A DNA stretch of 64,000 nucleotides from Collinsella aerofaciens. GTDB taxonomy: Bacteria; Actinomycetota; Coriobacteriia; Coriobacteriales; Coriobacteriaceae. Positions 19,362 to 28,626 of the stretch are shown piece after piece. The notes under the pieces are model-generated. The model saw only the letters and a list, made by a program, of their open reading frames with translations, was not told the origin of the DNA and did not search any database. The stretch is from the NCBI GenBank assembly GCA_008668235.1, contig RQCP01000013.1:60463-124462 (forward strand), given 5' to 3'. The position numbers and the translations under genes were made by a program. Position 1 is the first letter of the stretch. Each line of letters starts with the position of its first letter.

Positions 19362-20015
19362 TTACTCCCAGTGACCGGCGACGTCGACAACCCAATGCTG
19401 TCCCGTAGCCTGCTGTTCATAATGTCCCTGGTCCTCAGAGGTGGTATACGAATCATCTACAACGGATCCACCGATACCGCCGTTTTCGCCATCGTTAATA
19501 ATCCAAGCGTAGGCGGCATCGGATGAATCGAAGGGCCCTACCATAGCACCACCATGATTGACCCAGAAACGAGGATGACGCGTGTATACCACGTTCGGTA
19601 CCCAGACCTGGCTGTAGTCGGTTTCCCAGTGGCCCTGCTCGGCAACCCATTTCTTCTGGCTACCGCTGTTGGAAGAGGAATTATTGCTGCCGGAACCCTG
19701 TGAATTGCCGGAATTCTGCTTCGAGTCGGAGGAGTTTCCCTTGCTGTCAGACTTCGACGAGTCGGAAGACTTGTTAACCTCTTTCTTGGAGTCATCGGAC
19801 TTCTGGTCCTTGTCGTCGGATTCTTTCTTCTCCTCGTTCTTGGTTCCAGAGGCTTGCGCCGCCTTTTCTTCGCTCGGCTTCTTTTTGTCTTTATTTTTTA
19901 CCGCTGTGGCGGCCCTTTCCGTAGAGCCGCTCCCTTGCTTTGCAACGCTGGCACATCCAAGTTGAGGTGCCGAAAGGCACACCAGAAGCGCAACGATAAT
20001 AGCCTTTGTTCTCAC
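19362..20015 (-). CDS. Putative lipoprotein with S/K/D-rich linker
   Basis: Signal peptide ending QLG-C; low-complexity linker; repeated WVxxxGHWE motifs; GTG start after AGGGAG. Confidence 0.7.
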   Translation of the reverse strand: MRTKAIIVALLVCLSAPQLGCASVAKQGSGSTERAATAVKNKDKKKPSEEKAAQASGTKNEEKKESDDKDQKSDDSKKEVNKSSDSSKSDSKGNSSDSKQNSGNSQGSGSNNSSSNSGSQKKWVAEQGHWETDYSQVWVPNVVYTRHPRFWVNHGGAMVGPFDSSDAAYAWIINDGENGGIGGSVVDDSYTTSEDQGHYEQQATGQHWVVDVAGHWE

Positions 20016-20080
20016 ACCGATCTCCCTGCCCATGAAACCGGGCGTTGGACACCAGCCGATATCCAACGCCCGGCTCGCTT

Positions 20081-23000
20081 TTACATCTGCCCGCGGCGCT
20101 TCTTCCGGTCGAGGAAGACGCCGGCTGCCACGAGGACGGTACCGCCGATGACGAACGTCTCGCCGATGAGTCCCGCGCGGTCGCCGGTCTGGGCGAGGCT
20201 GCCGGGCTGGGCGGCATCCGTGCCGGCGAGGTGCTTCGGGGTGTATGCCGCCTGCTGCTTTGCGGCCTGCTGCTTTGCGACCTCCTCTGCCTCCTGTCGT
20301 GCGATCTCATCGGAAAGCTTCTGCTCCGCTGCGATGCGGTCGGACTTCGCCTGCTCGTAGGCGGCGAGTGCCACATCATAGCCGGACTGGAGCCCGTCCA
20401 CCGCGGCCTGCTTCTCGTCCAGGATGGCCTTGGCGGGCGCGACCTTGGCACGTGCCTCGACTGCGGCGGCGAAAAGCGCGTTGAGGGCGTCATCCGCGTT
20501 CACATCATGGCCGGAAGCGATCGCCGCACCGGCATCAATGGAGTTCAGCTTCGACAGCTTGGCGTCTGCCTGCGCCTTCGCCTGCTCGGCGGCGGAGACC
20601 AGGGACTCGGCGGCGATGGTATCCGCCTTCGCGGCATCGAGCGCGGCCTTGGTGTCATTGACGGCCTTTACTGCATCCTGCTCGCGCTGCCGTGCCTCTG
20701 CGAGCTTCGCGGCAAGGCCGGTGAGGGTGTCGAGGTTCGACTGTGCGTCCTCGAGATCGGTCTGGGAGCCGGTAAGCCTGTCGGCGGCAACGCCGGCGTC
20801 GGCCTTTGCGGCATCGACGGCACGCTGGGCATCCGCGAGGGCGCGTGCGGTGCCGTCCGCCTTTTGCTCGGCGGCGGCGAGGACTGCCGCCTTCTCGGCC
20901 TGGCCGGCTGCCGCCGCGTCGTGGACGCTCTTTGCGGTATCGACCGCCTTCTTGGCGTCGGCGACGTCCTGGAAGAACTTCGCGAGATCGGCGTTCGCAT
21001 CGGCAACGCTCTGTTGCTTGGCAGAGGTGTCGGCCTTTGCGGCATCCAACTTAGATTGTACGGTCGTTACGGCTGCGTTGGCAGCATCAAAAGCAACCTG
21101 CTTCTGTTGTACGGTCGACTTTGCCGTATCGACTGCCGCGTTGGCGGCATCGAGGTCCGATTTCGCCGCATCAAGCTCGGTCTGGGCATCCGTGACGCCC
21201 TGCTGCTTGGCGGCGACATCAGCCTTGGCGGCATCGACGGCACGCTGGGCATCGGTGACGTCCTGCTTCGCGGCATCGACGTCTGCCTGTGCGAAATCCG
21301 CTGCGTCCTGCTTCTGCTGGACGGTTGCGGCGGCGCCGGCGGCTGCCTGCTGCTTGGATGCGAGATCGGCCTTGGCTACGTCGAGTGCGCTCTTGGCGTT
21401 CTTGAGGCCGTTGATATAGGAGGTCAGCTTCTGCTCGTACTCGTCGACGGAGATGGGGTTCGTGTTCCAACCGGAGCCGGACCAGCCGGAGATCTCTGCG
21501 GTGTAGCACTGCGTCTGAAGCCCGGACATGGTGCCCTTGGTGCAGGTTGCCATTCCCATAACGGCGAGTTCGGGATTGATGATGTTCATGTAATGGCCGA
21601 CGGTGCCGCTACTGCCGTTCTCCCAGTGGCAGTTGTCTGCAATCCAATGGTTGATTGCGACACCGTTCTTTGCATAGAAATCATAGGCATCCTTGCCGAC
21701 AAGACCGGTGACTCCATAAAGGGCCTCCGTTGCCTTGTCGAAAAAGCCCTTCTCCTGCTCGATCCACTGCCCACTCGGATCGATTCCGTAATTCCATGCC
21801 AGGTTTTCGGCAAAATCATATTGGCGGGCATGATCGAGCACAGTGTCACTGTAGTTGGCATCCGCAATGGCTCCGGCGATGAGCTTGTAGGTGACCTGGA
21901 GCTCGGACAGGCCGACCGACTTGCGGTAGTCGTTGACAGACTTCATCCACCTGATCGCATTGAGCATGTTATCAAGGGACGTGGCGTCCTTGGAGTTGCC
22001 GACTTCGGTCTTTCCGGCATATTTGGCGTTCAGGATGATGTTGACTGCGTCATCGGCACCCATGGCACGGAAGAAGCCGATGGCTCCCTGCTTGAGCTGC
22101 GCGTCGGCGGAATCGAGTTTCGCCTGGGCCTCGTCGACTTTCTGCTGCGCGACGGTCACGGCGGCGTCTGCGGTATCCTTTGCGGCCTTGGCGTTCGCGA
22201 GCTCTACGTCGGCGGCTGCCTTGGCGGACTCGGCGTCCTTGACAGCCTGCTTCGCGGCATCCAGCTTGGCGACGGCGTCGGCATTCGCCTGCTTGGCCGC
22301 ATCGAGGTCTGCGTTCGCGGCATCGAGTGCGGACTGGGCGGCGTTCACGCCGGATTCGGCATCGGCCGCGGCCTGCTGCTTTACGGAGAGGGACGCCTGG
22401 GCATCATTCAGCTCGGACTGCGCCGTTGCTGCAGCGGACTGCGCCTGCTCGAGCTCGGACTCGCACTGGAACTGTGTCGCCTGTGCGGCAGCGAGGGCTG
22501 CCTCCGCGTCCGCGACCTTCTGTTTTGCCGCATCGTACTCCGGACCGCTGGCACCGGCCTCCGCTGCGGCGAGGTCTGCTTTCGCCTTCTCGTAGGCGGC
22601 GCTGGCGGCTGCGGCCTTCGCATCCGCTGCGTCCTTGTTCTGCTGGGCTGCGGCGAGGACGGCATCGGCGGCATCCTTTGCAGACTGGGTCGCAACCAGC
22701 TTGGACTGGGCATCGGCAAGCGTCGCGTTGGCGTTGTCGAGATCGGCCTGTGCCCTGTCCACGGCAGCCTGGGCGTCGCGCACGGCCTGCTCGGCGGCAC
22801 TGATTGCCTCCGGGGTGGCGCTTACGGCATCTGCCTTGGCTTTATCGAGGGCATCCTTGGCATCCTGGGCCGCCTTGAGGGCGGACTGGTACGCTTCGTC
22901 CTTCTCGGACGCATCCGCCTTGGCGTCTGCGAGACCCGCCTTCGCCTGCTCGAGGTCCTTGCCGGCGGCATCGGCGGCGTCCTTGCCCTCCGCGACCTGA

Positions 23001-23452
23001 CGGGCGTACTCGTCCATTGCCGCTCGGTCGGCTGCCGTACCGGCGCTGACTGCCGAATCGTAGGATGCCTTGGCCTGGTCGCGGGCGGAAGCCGCCTCGT
23101 TGTAGGGACCGGCGGCCTCGTCGTAGGATGCCTTGGCGGCGTCCTCCTTCGCCTTCGCCTCGTCGACTGCCTTCTGCAGGTCCGCGATGGTCTGTGCGGC
23201 GGATTTCGCACCGGTACCGGATGCCGCGCCGGCGTGGGCGGCGATCGGCGACATCACGGCGGGGTGCTGCGTGCCCCCGTCACCGGTCTGGGCGAATGCC
23301 GTGAACGGTGAGATGAGGCTCGATCCGGTCATGGCGGCCATGGTCGCCGCGGTGACGGTCAGACGCGCGATCCCCTTCGGAGTGTGAATCTTTTTGTTTG
23401 GCAGTGCGTCGAAGTGATCGCCGCCGGCAGCGAAATGCTTTCCCTGAGTCAT
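20081..23452 (-). CDS. Sortase-anchored Ala-rich coiled-coil surface protein with central CAP/SCP-like domain
   Basis: Signal peptide (TAFA); long AKA/ADA heptads flanking NDYRKSVGL..AENLAW..GHYMNIINP; LAQTG + TM + basic tail. Confidence 0.85.
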   Translation of the reverse strand: MTQGKHFAAGGDHFDALPNKKIHTPKGIARLTVTAATMAAMTGSSLISPFTAFAQTGDGGTQHPAVMSPIAAHAGAASGTGAKSAAQTIADLQKAVDEAKAKEDAAKASYDEAAGPYNEAASARDQAKASYDSAVSAGTAADRAAMDEYARQVAEGKDAADAAGKDLEQAKAGLADAKADASEKDEAYQSALKAAQDAKDALDKAKADAVSATPEAISAAEQAVRDAQAAVDRAQADLDNANATLADAQSKLVATQSAKDAADAVLAAAQQNKDAADAKAAAASAAYEKAKADLAAAEAGASGPEYDAAKQKVADAEAALAAAQATQFQCESELEQAQSAAATAQSELNDAQASLSVKQQAAADAESGVNAAQSALDAANADLDAAKQANADAVAKLDAAKQAVKDAESAKAAADVELANAKAAKDTADAAVTVAQQKVDEAQAKLDSADAQLKQGAIGFFRAMGADDAVNIILNAKYAGKTEVGNSKDATSLDNMLNAIRWMKSVNDYRKSVGLSELQVTYKLIAGAIADANYSDTVLDHARQYDFAENLAWNYGIDPSGQWIEQEKGFFDKATEALYGVTGLVGKDAYDFYAKNGVAINHWIADNCHWENGSSGTVGHYMNIINPELAVMGMATCTKGTMSGLQTQCYTAEISGWSGSGWNTNPISVDEYEQKLTSYINGLKNAKSALDVAKADLASKQQAAAGAAATVQQKQDAADFAQADVDAAKQDVTDAQRAVDAAKADVAAKQQGVTDAQTELDAAKSDLDAANAAVDTAKSTVQQKQVAFDAANAAVTTVQSKLDAAKADTSAKQQSVADANADLAKFFQDVADAKKAVDTAKSVHDAAAAGQAEKAAVLAAAEQKADGTARALADAQRAVDAAKADAGVAADRLTGSQTDLEDAQSNLDTLTGLAAKLAEARQREQDAVKAVNDTKAALDAAKADTIAAESLVSAAEQAKAQADAKLSKLNSIDAGAAIASGHDVNADDALNALFAAAVEARAKVAPAKAILDEKQAAVDGLQSGYDVALAAYEQAKSDRIAAEQKLSDEIARQEAEEVAKQQAAKQQAAYTPKHLAGTDAAQPGSLAQTGDRAGLIGETFVIGGTVLVAAGVFLDRKKRRGQM

Positions 23453-23535
23453 TGTGCTGTTCCATTCCTTTTCCGTGCCCTATCCGACTGGGCATCAGAG
23501 CGCTTTCCAATAGAGGTAATTATGCGCCTTAACTG

Positions 23536-23576
23536 GGATTGTTGTATATAGTCCGTTGGCATAAATACAACAATCC
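23536..23576. promoter_or_regulatory. 12-bp inverted repeat operator between divergent surface-protein and XRE genes
   Basis: ggattgttgtat-N17-atacaacaatcc. Confidence 0.55.
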
Positions 23577-23591
23577 ATGACTCTTTTTGTC

Positions 23592-23825
23592 ATGGATATC
23601 TCGCCGCTACAACAATCCTTTGGTCTACGCTGCAAAGAACTCAGATCAGAGTCTGGTTACTCACAAGAGCAATTTGCGAACCGCATTGACATGGACAGGT
23701 CTTACTACGCCTCGATAGAGGTCGGGCGAAGAAATGTCAGTCTTTCTAACCTCTCTAAAATTGCCAATGGATTCAACATATCAATTGCTGCACTTATGAC
23801 TGGTGTCACTGATAAAAAGGATTAG
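23592..23825 (+). CDS. XRE-family HTH regulator (controller-protein-like)
   Basis: FGLRCKELR..SQEQFANRIDMDRSYYASIEVGRRNVSL; alternative start 23577. Confidence 0.88.
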   Translation: MDISPLQQSFGLRCKELRSESGYSQEQFANRIDMDRSYYASIEVGRRNVSLSNLSKIANGFNISIAALMTGVTDKKD

Positions 23826-23974
23826 TCCATCGTCAGCGAACGCAGTGAGCGTATCAATCGACGGCGTAGCCGGCGGCAAGGACACGGTACGTGGCCGCGC
23901 AGCGAGCTTTGCGAGCGAAGGGGACGGCATCGCCGTCCCTATTTCTTTCTAATCTATTTCTCTATATATTGGTT

Positions 23975-24140
23975 TCACCAAAATGGGTATGAAACAAGCT
24001 TCTGAACAGGCTTTTTATCAGAGAATTCTAAGCTGCCGAATCATCAAAATGGTGATATTTTTTACCCAAAAGAGGGAAGCGCGTCACCAAAATGGAACCG
24101 ACTAACAGCTGTTGAAAACTTTTATCCCCAAAATGGTGAT
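23975..24140 (+). repeat. Iteron-like direct repeats TCAYCAAAATGG in AT-rich region
   Basis: Copies at 23975, 24041, 24084, 24125 and a degenerate one near 24062. Confidence 0.6.
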
Positions 24141-24268
24141 TTCCTGTTTTCAGTGGAAAACTCGGAAAGTCATAATATTTACTTACCAGATTTACAAACG
24201 GAAGCGGTTCTTAACCCCAAAACCAGAACAGGTCAGAAGCAAAAATAACTCCTGACCTGCGATTTTCC

Positions 24269-24344
24269 TGGTGCCCCCGGGCGGATTCGAACCGTCGACA
24301 CCCGCTTTAGGAGAGCGGTGCTCTATCCTCTGAGCTACGGAGGC
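24269..24344 (-). tRNA. tRNA-Arg (anticodon CCT)
   Basis: GCCTCCG TA GCTC AGAGGATA GAGC A CCGCT CT CCT AA AGCGG GTGTC GACGG TTCGAAT CCGCC CGGGGGC ACCA cloverleaf. Confidence 0.96.
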
Positions 24345-24402
24345 ATGTTGTACTAGTGTAGCAGATTTACTGCATCGCCATACACCCCATGACCAGACTT
24401 CA

Positions 24403-24471
24403 AAGTTGCGGTGGAATAGTTCCTGCCTAAAGCATCTAAAGCCACATTTAAGAACTATTCCACCGCAACTT
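24403..24471. repeat. Palindromic dispersed repeat (REP/MITE-like), copy 1
   Basis: 20-bp perfect IR aagttgcggtggaatagttc / gaactattccaccgcaactt; second copy at 28090. Confidence 0.8.
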
Positions 24472-24479
24472 ATGAGGGG

Positions 24480-24878
24480 CTAGTTACCTTTGTGGAAGAG
24501 GTTTTTGATAACGGAGGGGATGCTCTTGGCGCCCTTGACCGTCACATCGATAAAGTCGGGCGAACGCACGAGCTTATCCTCGTCGACGTACTTGCGGACA
24601 GCACGAAGCGTCTCTTTGTCGTCGCGCGTCGAAAACGTAAAGTGACCGTTGTCCTTGGTGAAGATGGCAAAACGCGTGATCTTCTTGGTGCCGCGTAAAA
24701 CCTCGGCGGCAATATAGTCGACCTCATCCCACGGGATTTGAATATAATCCTCGGGATTGCGCTCGTTGTAATACTCGAACGCCTTATTGCCCACCATCAC
24801 GTTGCCGTGGCTGGTAAGCCCCATCAGGCAGGTTGCCGGCGTTGCCAGATCGACCGTGCTGTTCTGAGATTGCGCCAT
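24480..24878 (-). CDS. DUF956/ManO-like protein of mannose PTS operon
   Basis: MAQSQNSTVDL..GNVMVGNKAFEYYNERNPEDYIQIPW; position after manZ. Confidence 0.85.
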   Translation of the reverse strand: MAQSQNSTVDLATPATCLMGLTSHGNVMVGNKAFEYYNERNPEDYIQIPWDEVDYIAAEVLRGTKKITRFAIFTKDNGHFTFSTRDDKETLRAVRKYVDEDKLVRSPDFIDVTVKGAKSIPSVIKNLFHKGN

Positions 24879-24998
24879 GCGCGCCTCGCCCTCCAAATAA
24901 AACAATCGGACCGCATCCAGTGTACCCACCGGGTGCGGTCCGTTTCAATGGCTCAAAAGCCCTTGCCTAGCAATTCTCGGTCTTAAGCCGAAGCGTGC

Positions 24999-25919
24999 TT
25001 ACATGAAGCCGCAGAAGCGACCGATGATGCCGACGGCGAAGAGAGCCAGGATGATGACAATCGGGCTGACCTTCTTCTTGAGGAGCTTGCAGACCAGCAG
25101 GGTCAGGCACACGGCGGCAAGGCCGGGGATGAGCTGATCGAGGTTGGCCTGAAGCGTGGTGACCTTCATCTGATCAAGGGCGGTAGCACCGACGGAGTTG
25201 TACATCGTCAGCGCTTCCTTGATACCCTCGGAACCGGAGGGCAGGCTAGCCCAGTCGATAAAGGCGCCAGCAGACTGCTTGACCGTGGAGACGATCGGGG
25301 TGAAGGAAATGGACACCCAGCGCTCGACCAGGGCACCGATGATGAACATACCCAGGATGGAAGCGCCCTCGGTGACCTTGCCCATCAGACCACCGGAGAG
25401 GTCCTTGGCGATGGAGGAGCCGACCTTGTAGCCAAACTCCTGCGTGTACCACAGGAAAGCGTAACGGATGATGTTCCACGCGAAGAAGAACAGCAGCGGA
25501 CCGACGATGCTACCGGACATGGCCAGGGAAGCGCCCAGAGCGCCCAGAATCGGGCGAAGGGTGAACCAGAAGACGGGGTCACCGACGCCGGCGAGCGGGC
25601 CCATCATACCGACCTTGACGCCCTGGATGGCGACGTCATCGATCGGAGCACCGTTGGCGCGCTCCTCCTCGAGGGCGAGGGTAACGCCAATGACGGGGGC
25701 GGAAACATAGGGGTGGGTGTTATAGAACTCCAGGTGGCGCTTAAGAGCGGCAATCTGGTCATCCTTGCTGGTGTAGAGCTTCTTGATCGCAGGGATCATT
25801 GCGAAGCACCAGCCGCCGTTCTGCATACGCTCGTAGTTCCACGAGCCCTGAAGGAACTGATGACGGAAGCAAACCTTCTTGCGGTCAGCCTTGGTGAGCT
25901 GAATCTTGTTCTCTGCCAT
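24999..25919 (-). CDS. manZ: PTS mannose-family EIID
   Basis: SWNYERMQ, HLEFYNTHP, MMGPLAGVGD. Confidence 0.95.
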   Translation of the reverse strand: MAENKIQLTKADRKKVCFRHQFLQGSWNYERMQNGGWCFAMIPAIKKLYTSKDDQIAALKRHLEFYNTHPYVSAPVIGVTLALEEERANGAPIDDVAIQGVKVGMMGPLAGVGDPVFWFTLRPILGALGASLAMSGSIVGPLLFFFAWNIIRYAFLWYTQEFGYKVGSSIAKDLSGGLMGKVTEGASILGMFIIGALVERWVSISFTPIVSTVKQSAGAFIDWASLPSGSEGIKEALTMYNSVGATALDQMKVTTLQANLDQLIPGLAAVCLTLLVCKLLKKKVSPIVIILALFAVGIIGRFCGFM

Positions 25920-25935
25920 ATGTATCACTCCCCTC

Positions 25936-26754
25936 CTACTCGTAATCGTTCAGAATGTCGCCGAGCGGGTCGCCGGAGCCACCGCCCATGCCGCCACCCT
26001 GCTTGGCCAGATCCTTAAGGCCAAGGTAGATGAGGGCAAGGGAGATGCCGATGAGACCAAGAGCGATCAGCGTGAGCTGAGGGATGGCAGCAAGGACAAA
26101 GCCGAGGACGAAGAACGGCCAGGTCTCCTTGGTGGCCATCATGTTGATGACCATGGCGTAACCGACGGAAGCGACCATGCCGCCGCCGACAGCCATGCCG
26201 CCGGACAGCCAGTCGGGCATAGCGTTAAGCGCGTTGGTAACGGCCTCGGCCGGGATGACGCACAGAAGCACTGCCGGGATGGCGATACGAAGGCCCTGCA
26301 TGAGGATGGCAGCATACTGCCAGCGCTCGATGCCGGAGAAGTCGCCCTTCTCGGCGCAACCGTCCATGGCGTGAGCGATAGCGGTAGCAATGGTACGGCA
26401 GATCATGGTCAGGAACAGACCAGCGACCGACAGCGGGACGGCGACGGCGATAGCGGTGGTAACGGCCTTGGCCGAATCGGTGGCGCCACCGTTAAGGGCG
26501 AGCACCATGATGATCGAAGAAGCGACCGAGGCCAGAGCGGCGTCAGGCGCGACAGCGGCGCCGACGTTAGCCCAGCCAAGGGCCATCATCTGGAGCGAAC
26601 CGCCCAGGAGGATGCCCTCCTGAAGGTGACCGGTTACGAGACCGATAAGCGTGCATGCCACGAGCGGCTGATGGAACTGGAACTCATCCAGAATGCCTTC
26701 CATACCGGCAAGCAACGCGACAATCGCAACAAGCAGAATAGTGATTGCAGACAT
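25936..26754 (-). CDS. manY: PTS mannose-family EIIC
   Basis: LDEFQFHQPLVACTLIG, LGWANVGAAVAPD. Confidence 0.95.
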   Translation of the reverse strand: MSAITILLVAIVALLAGMEGILDEFQFHQPLVACTLIGLVTGHLQEGILLGGSLQMMALGWANVGAAVAPDAALASVASSIIMVLALNGGATDSAKAVTTAIAVAVPLSVAGLFLTMICRTIATAIAHAMDGCAEKGDFSGIERWQYAAILMQGLRIAIPAVLLCVIPAEAVTNALNAMPDWLSGGMAVGGGMVASVGYAMVINMMATKETWPFFVLGFVLAAIPQLTLIALGLIGISLALIYLGLKDLAKQGGGMGGGSGDPLGDILNDYE

Positions 26755-26772
26755 GTATCGGACCCTCCTTTA

Positions 26773-27765
26773 CTATGCTTGAGCGGCCAGTTCGGCCTTA
26801 GCTTTCTTCAACATGGCGTCGAGATCCTCGGAGGAATCCGAAGGAACCTTGCGGACCTCGAACTTGACGCCCTTGGCCTTGAGGGCCTCGAGAGTCTTGA
26901 CGTCGTCATCGCCCATAGCGACGGCGTTGGTGACGACGACCTTGCCCTTGGAGTGAGCCATGGAACCGATGTTGACTTCCTTGATGTCGACGCCGGCCTC
27001 GATGGCCTTGAGCAGATCCTGCGGGTTCTCAAAGAGCAGCATGGCCTTGGTGTCACCAAAGCGCGTGTCCTTGACGACCTCGGCCATCTTCTTGATGGGC
27101 ACGACGTTGGCATGGACTCCCGGAGGGGCAGCCTGCTCGATCATGGTCTTGCGGAGCTCGTCGTGAGCAACGCCGTCGGAAACCACGATGATGCGGTTGG
27201 GGTTGATCTGCTTGGTCCACGTGGTGGCCACCTGGCCATGAAGCAGACGGGTGTCGATACGGACGTGGGCGATCTTGATGTGCCCATCGCCGATGACCGT
27301 TCCCGGAGGGATGGCGCCTGCAGGAGCAGCGGCGGCCGCAGCCGGCTTCTTCTCCTCGGGCTCCAGAGACTCGGGCTTGACGCGCACGCCAGCCTTAGCC
27401 TCAGTCACGAGATGTTTTGCGATCGCATATGCAGTGTTCTTTGCGTCAAAGCGCTGCGAATATGCCTCGATGAGCATAGGCAGGTTGACACCGGTGACGA
27501 TAGCCCAGGAATCGTGGCCCTCGATGAGCCCGCTGATCTGGTTGAACGGCGTGCCGCCCCACAGATCAACGAGGAAGAGCACCTGCTCCTGGTCCTCGAA
27601 GGAAGCGACTGCTTCCTCGACCTTGGCACGGAAATCGTCGGGGCCCATGCTCGGCTCGAGCGAGACCACGGCAACAGACGGTTGATCGCCAAAGACCATC
27701 GAGCCCGTCTGCTTGATTCCAGCTGCCAAGTCCCCGTGGCTAGCAAGAACAATACTTACCATCAC
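26773..27765 (-). CDS. manX: PTS mannose-family EIIAB
   Basis: LASHG, VDLWGGTPFN, RIDTRLLHGQV. Confidence 0.95.
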   Translation of the reverse strand: MMVSIVLASHGDLAAGIKQTGSMVFGDQPSVAVVSLEPSMGPDDFRAKVEEAVASFEDQEQVLFLVDLWGGTPFNQISGLIEGHDSWAIVTGVNLPMLIEAYSQRFDAKNTAYAIAKHLVTEAKAGVRVKPESLEPEEKKPAAAAAAPAGAIPPGTVIGDGHIKIAHVRIDTRLLHGQVATTWTKQINPNRIIVVSDGVAHDELRKTMIEQAAPPGVHANVVPIKKMAEVVKDTRFGDTKAMLLFENPQDLLKAIEAGVDIKEVNIGSMAHSKGKVVVTNAVAMGDDDVKTLEALKAKGVKFEVRKVPSDSSEDLDAMLKKAKAELAAQA

Positions 27766-28089
27766 ATAACCTCCTTTTTGTCTACGTATTTCCTACACGA
27801 CATGAAAGGAGTATAGCTGTTTGGTTTGTGGAATTATAGCTAAATCCGCAAAAGGTTGGATTATTTGTTTAAACGTCTAGGTTTGTTACAAGTTGATTAC
27901 GTTACTGCTTTTTGACTCATTACACGACAAGGCGTCGCTCATCAAGCCATGCATTTTACAGATACAAGCAGGCTGTTCATTAATATCGATTTTAGGCAAG
28001 CGCGAATGCGCTTGTACTGCCGCTATTTTGTTTAAACAGACATGGCTTGACTATTTTCGTGACTTATGTTCTATGAAACCACTCAAAAT

Positions 28090-28156
28090 AGTTGCGGTGG
28101 AATAGTTCTTGTTTAAGAGCCAGAAGGCTGAATTTAGGAACTATTTCACCGCAACT
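28090..28156. repeat. Palindromic dispersed repeat, copy 2
   Basis: agttgcggtggaatagttc / gaactatttcaccgcaact. Confidence 0.8.
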
Positions 28157-28167
28157 TATAGGGAATC

Positions 28168-28596
28168 CTAGGCGATGTGGAGGGGGTTGGCGGCGTCGAC
28201 GGCATCGGGGGCGTCGGAGAGGCCATCAGGAGCAGCGCCTGCCGGGTCCTCGTCGGGGGTCTCGATCTGTTTGATCATGACCTCTTGGCCCTGCAGCAAA
28301 TAGGTCTCGCCGCTACCGCAATGGGGACAGGTCTTGCCGTGCTCGACCGTCGCGTAGTCGCAGCCGCACGCCTCGCAATGTGTCACGGCCTCGACGGGCT
28401 CCACGATAAGCTCCGCGCCCTGCGCGATAGGCTTTTTATCTGCTGCCCAGCGCCAAGCGTCGAGCAGCAAGTCGGGAACGACGCCCGAGACCTCGCCCAG
28501 CAGCAACGTCACGCTCGAAACGCGACGCACGCCATGAGCGCGCGCCACATTCTCGACATCGCGAATGATGTGATAAACGATTCCGAGCTCGTGCAC
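28168..28596 (-). CDS. hypA: Hydrogenase maturation nickel metallochaperone HypA
   Basis: MHE, LGEVSGV, two CxxC motifs. Confidence 0.92.
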   Translation of the reverse strand: MHELGIVYHIIRDVENVARAHGVRRVSSVTLLLGEVSGVVPDLLLDAWRWAADKKPIAQGAELIVEPVEAVTHCEACGCDYATVEHGKTCPHCGSGETYLLQGQEVMIKQIETPDEDPAGAAPDGLSDAPDAVDAANPLHIA

Positions 28597-28626
28597 TTTT
28601 TCCTCCGCCGTTCCCGTTATGACTAC

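Larger units (their letters stand above)
10864..24314. mobile_element. Integrative mobilizable element (~13.4 kb) in tRNA-Arg(CCT)
   Basis: 47-bp terminal direct repeats, tyrosine integrase at left end, relaxase+MobC+oriT-like hairpin, lower-GC backbone, no T4SS or coupling protein genes. Confidence 0.92.

Noticed and set aside
20045..23311. 1088-aa plus-strand ORF
   Set aside because: Antisense shadow of the Ala-rich surface protein; L/G/C/R-rich with no motifs.
10864..24314. Prophage or self-transmissible ICE
   Set aside because: No capsid, terminase, tail, VirB4 or coupling-protein genes are recognisable.
25906..27816. Long antisense ORFs (also 29371-31500, 32085-33920, 37103-38413, 43363-45444, 48602-50152)
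   Set aside because: High-GC shadow frames opposite well-supported genes.
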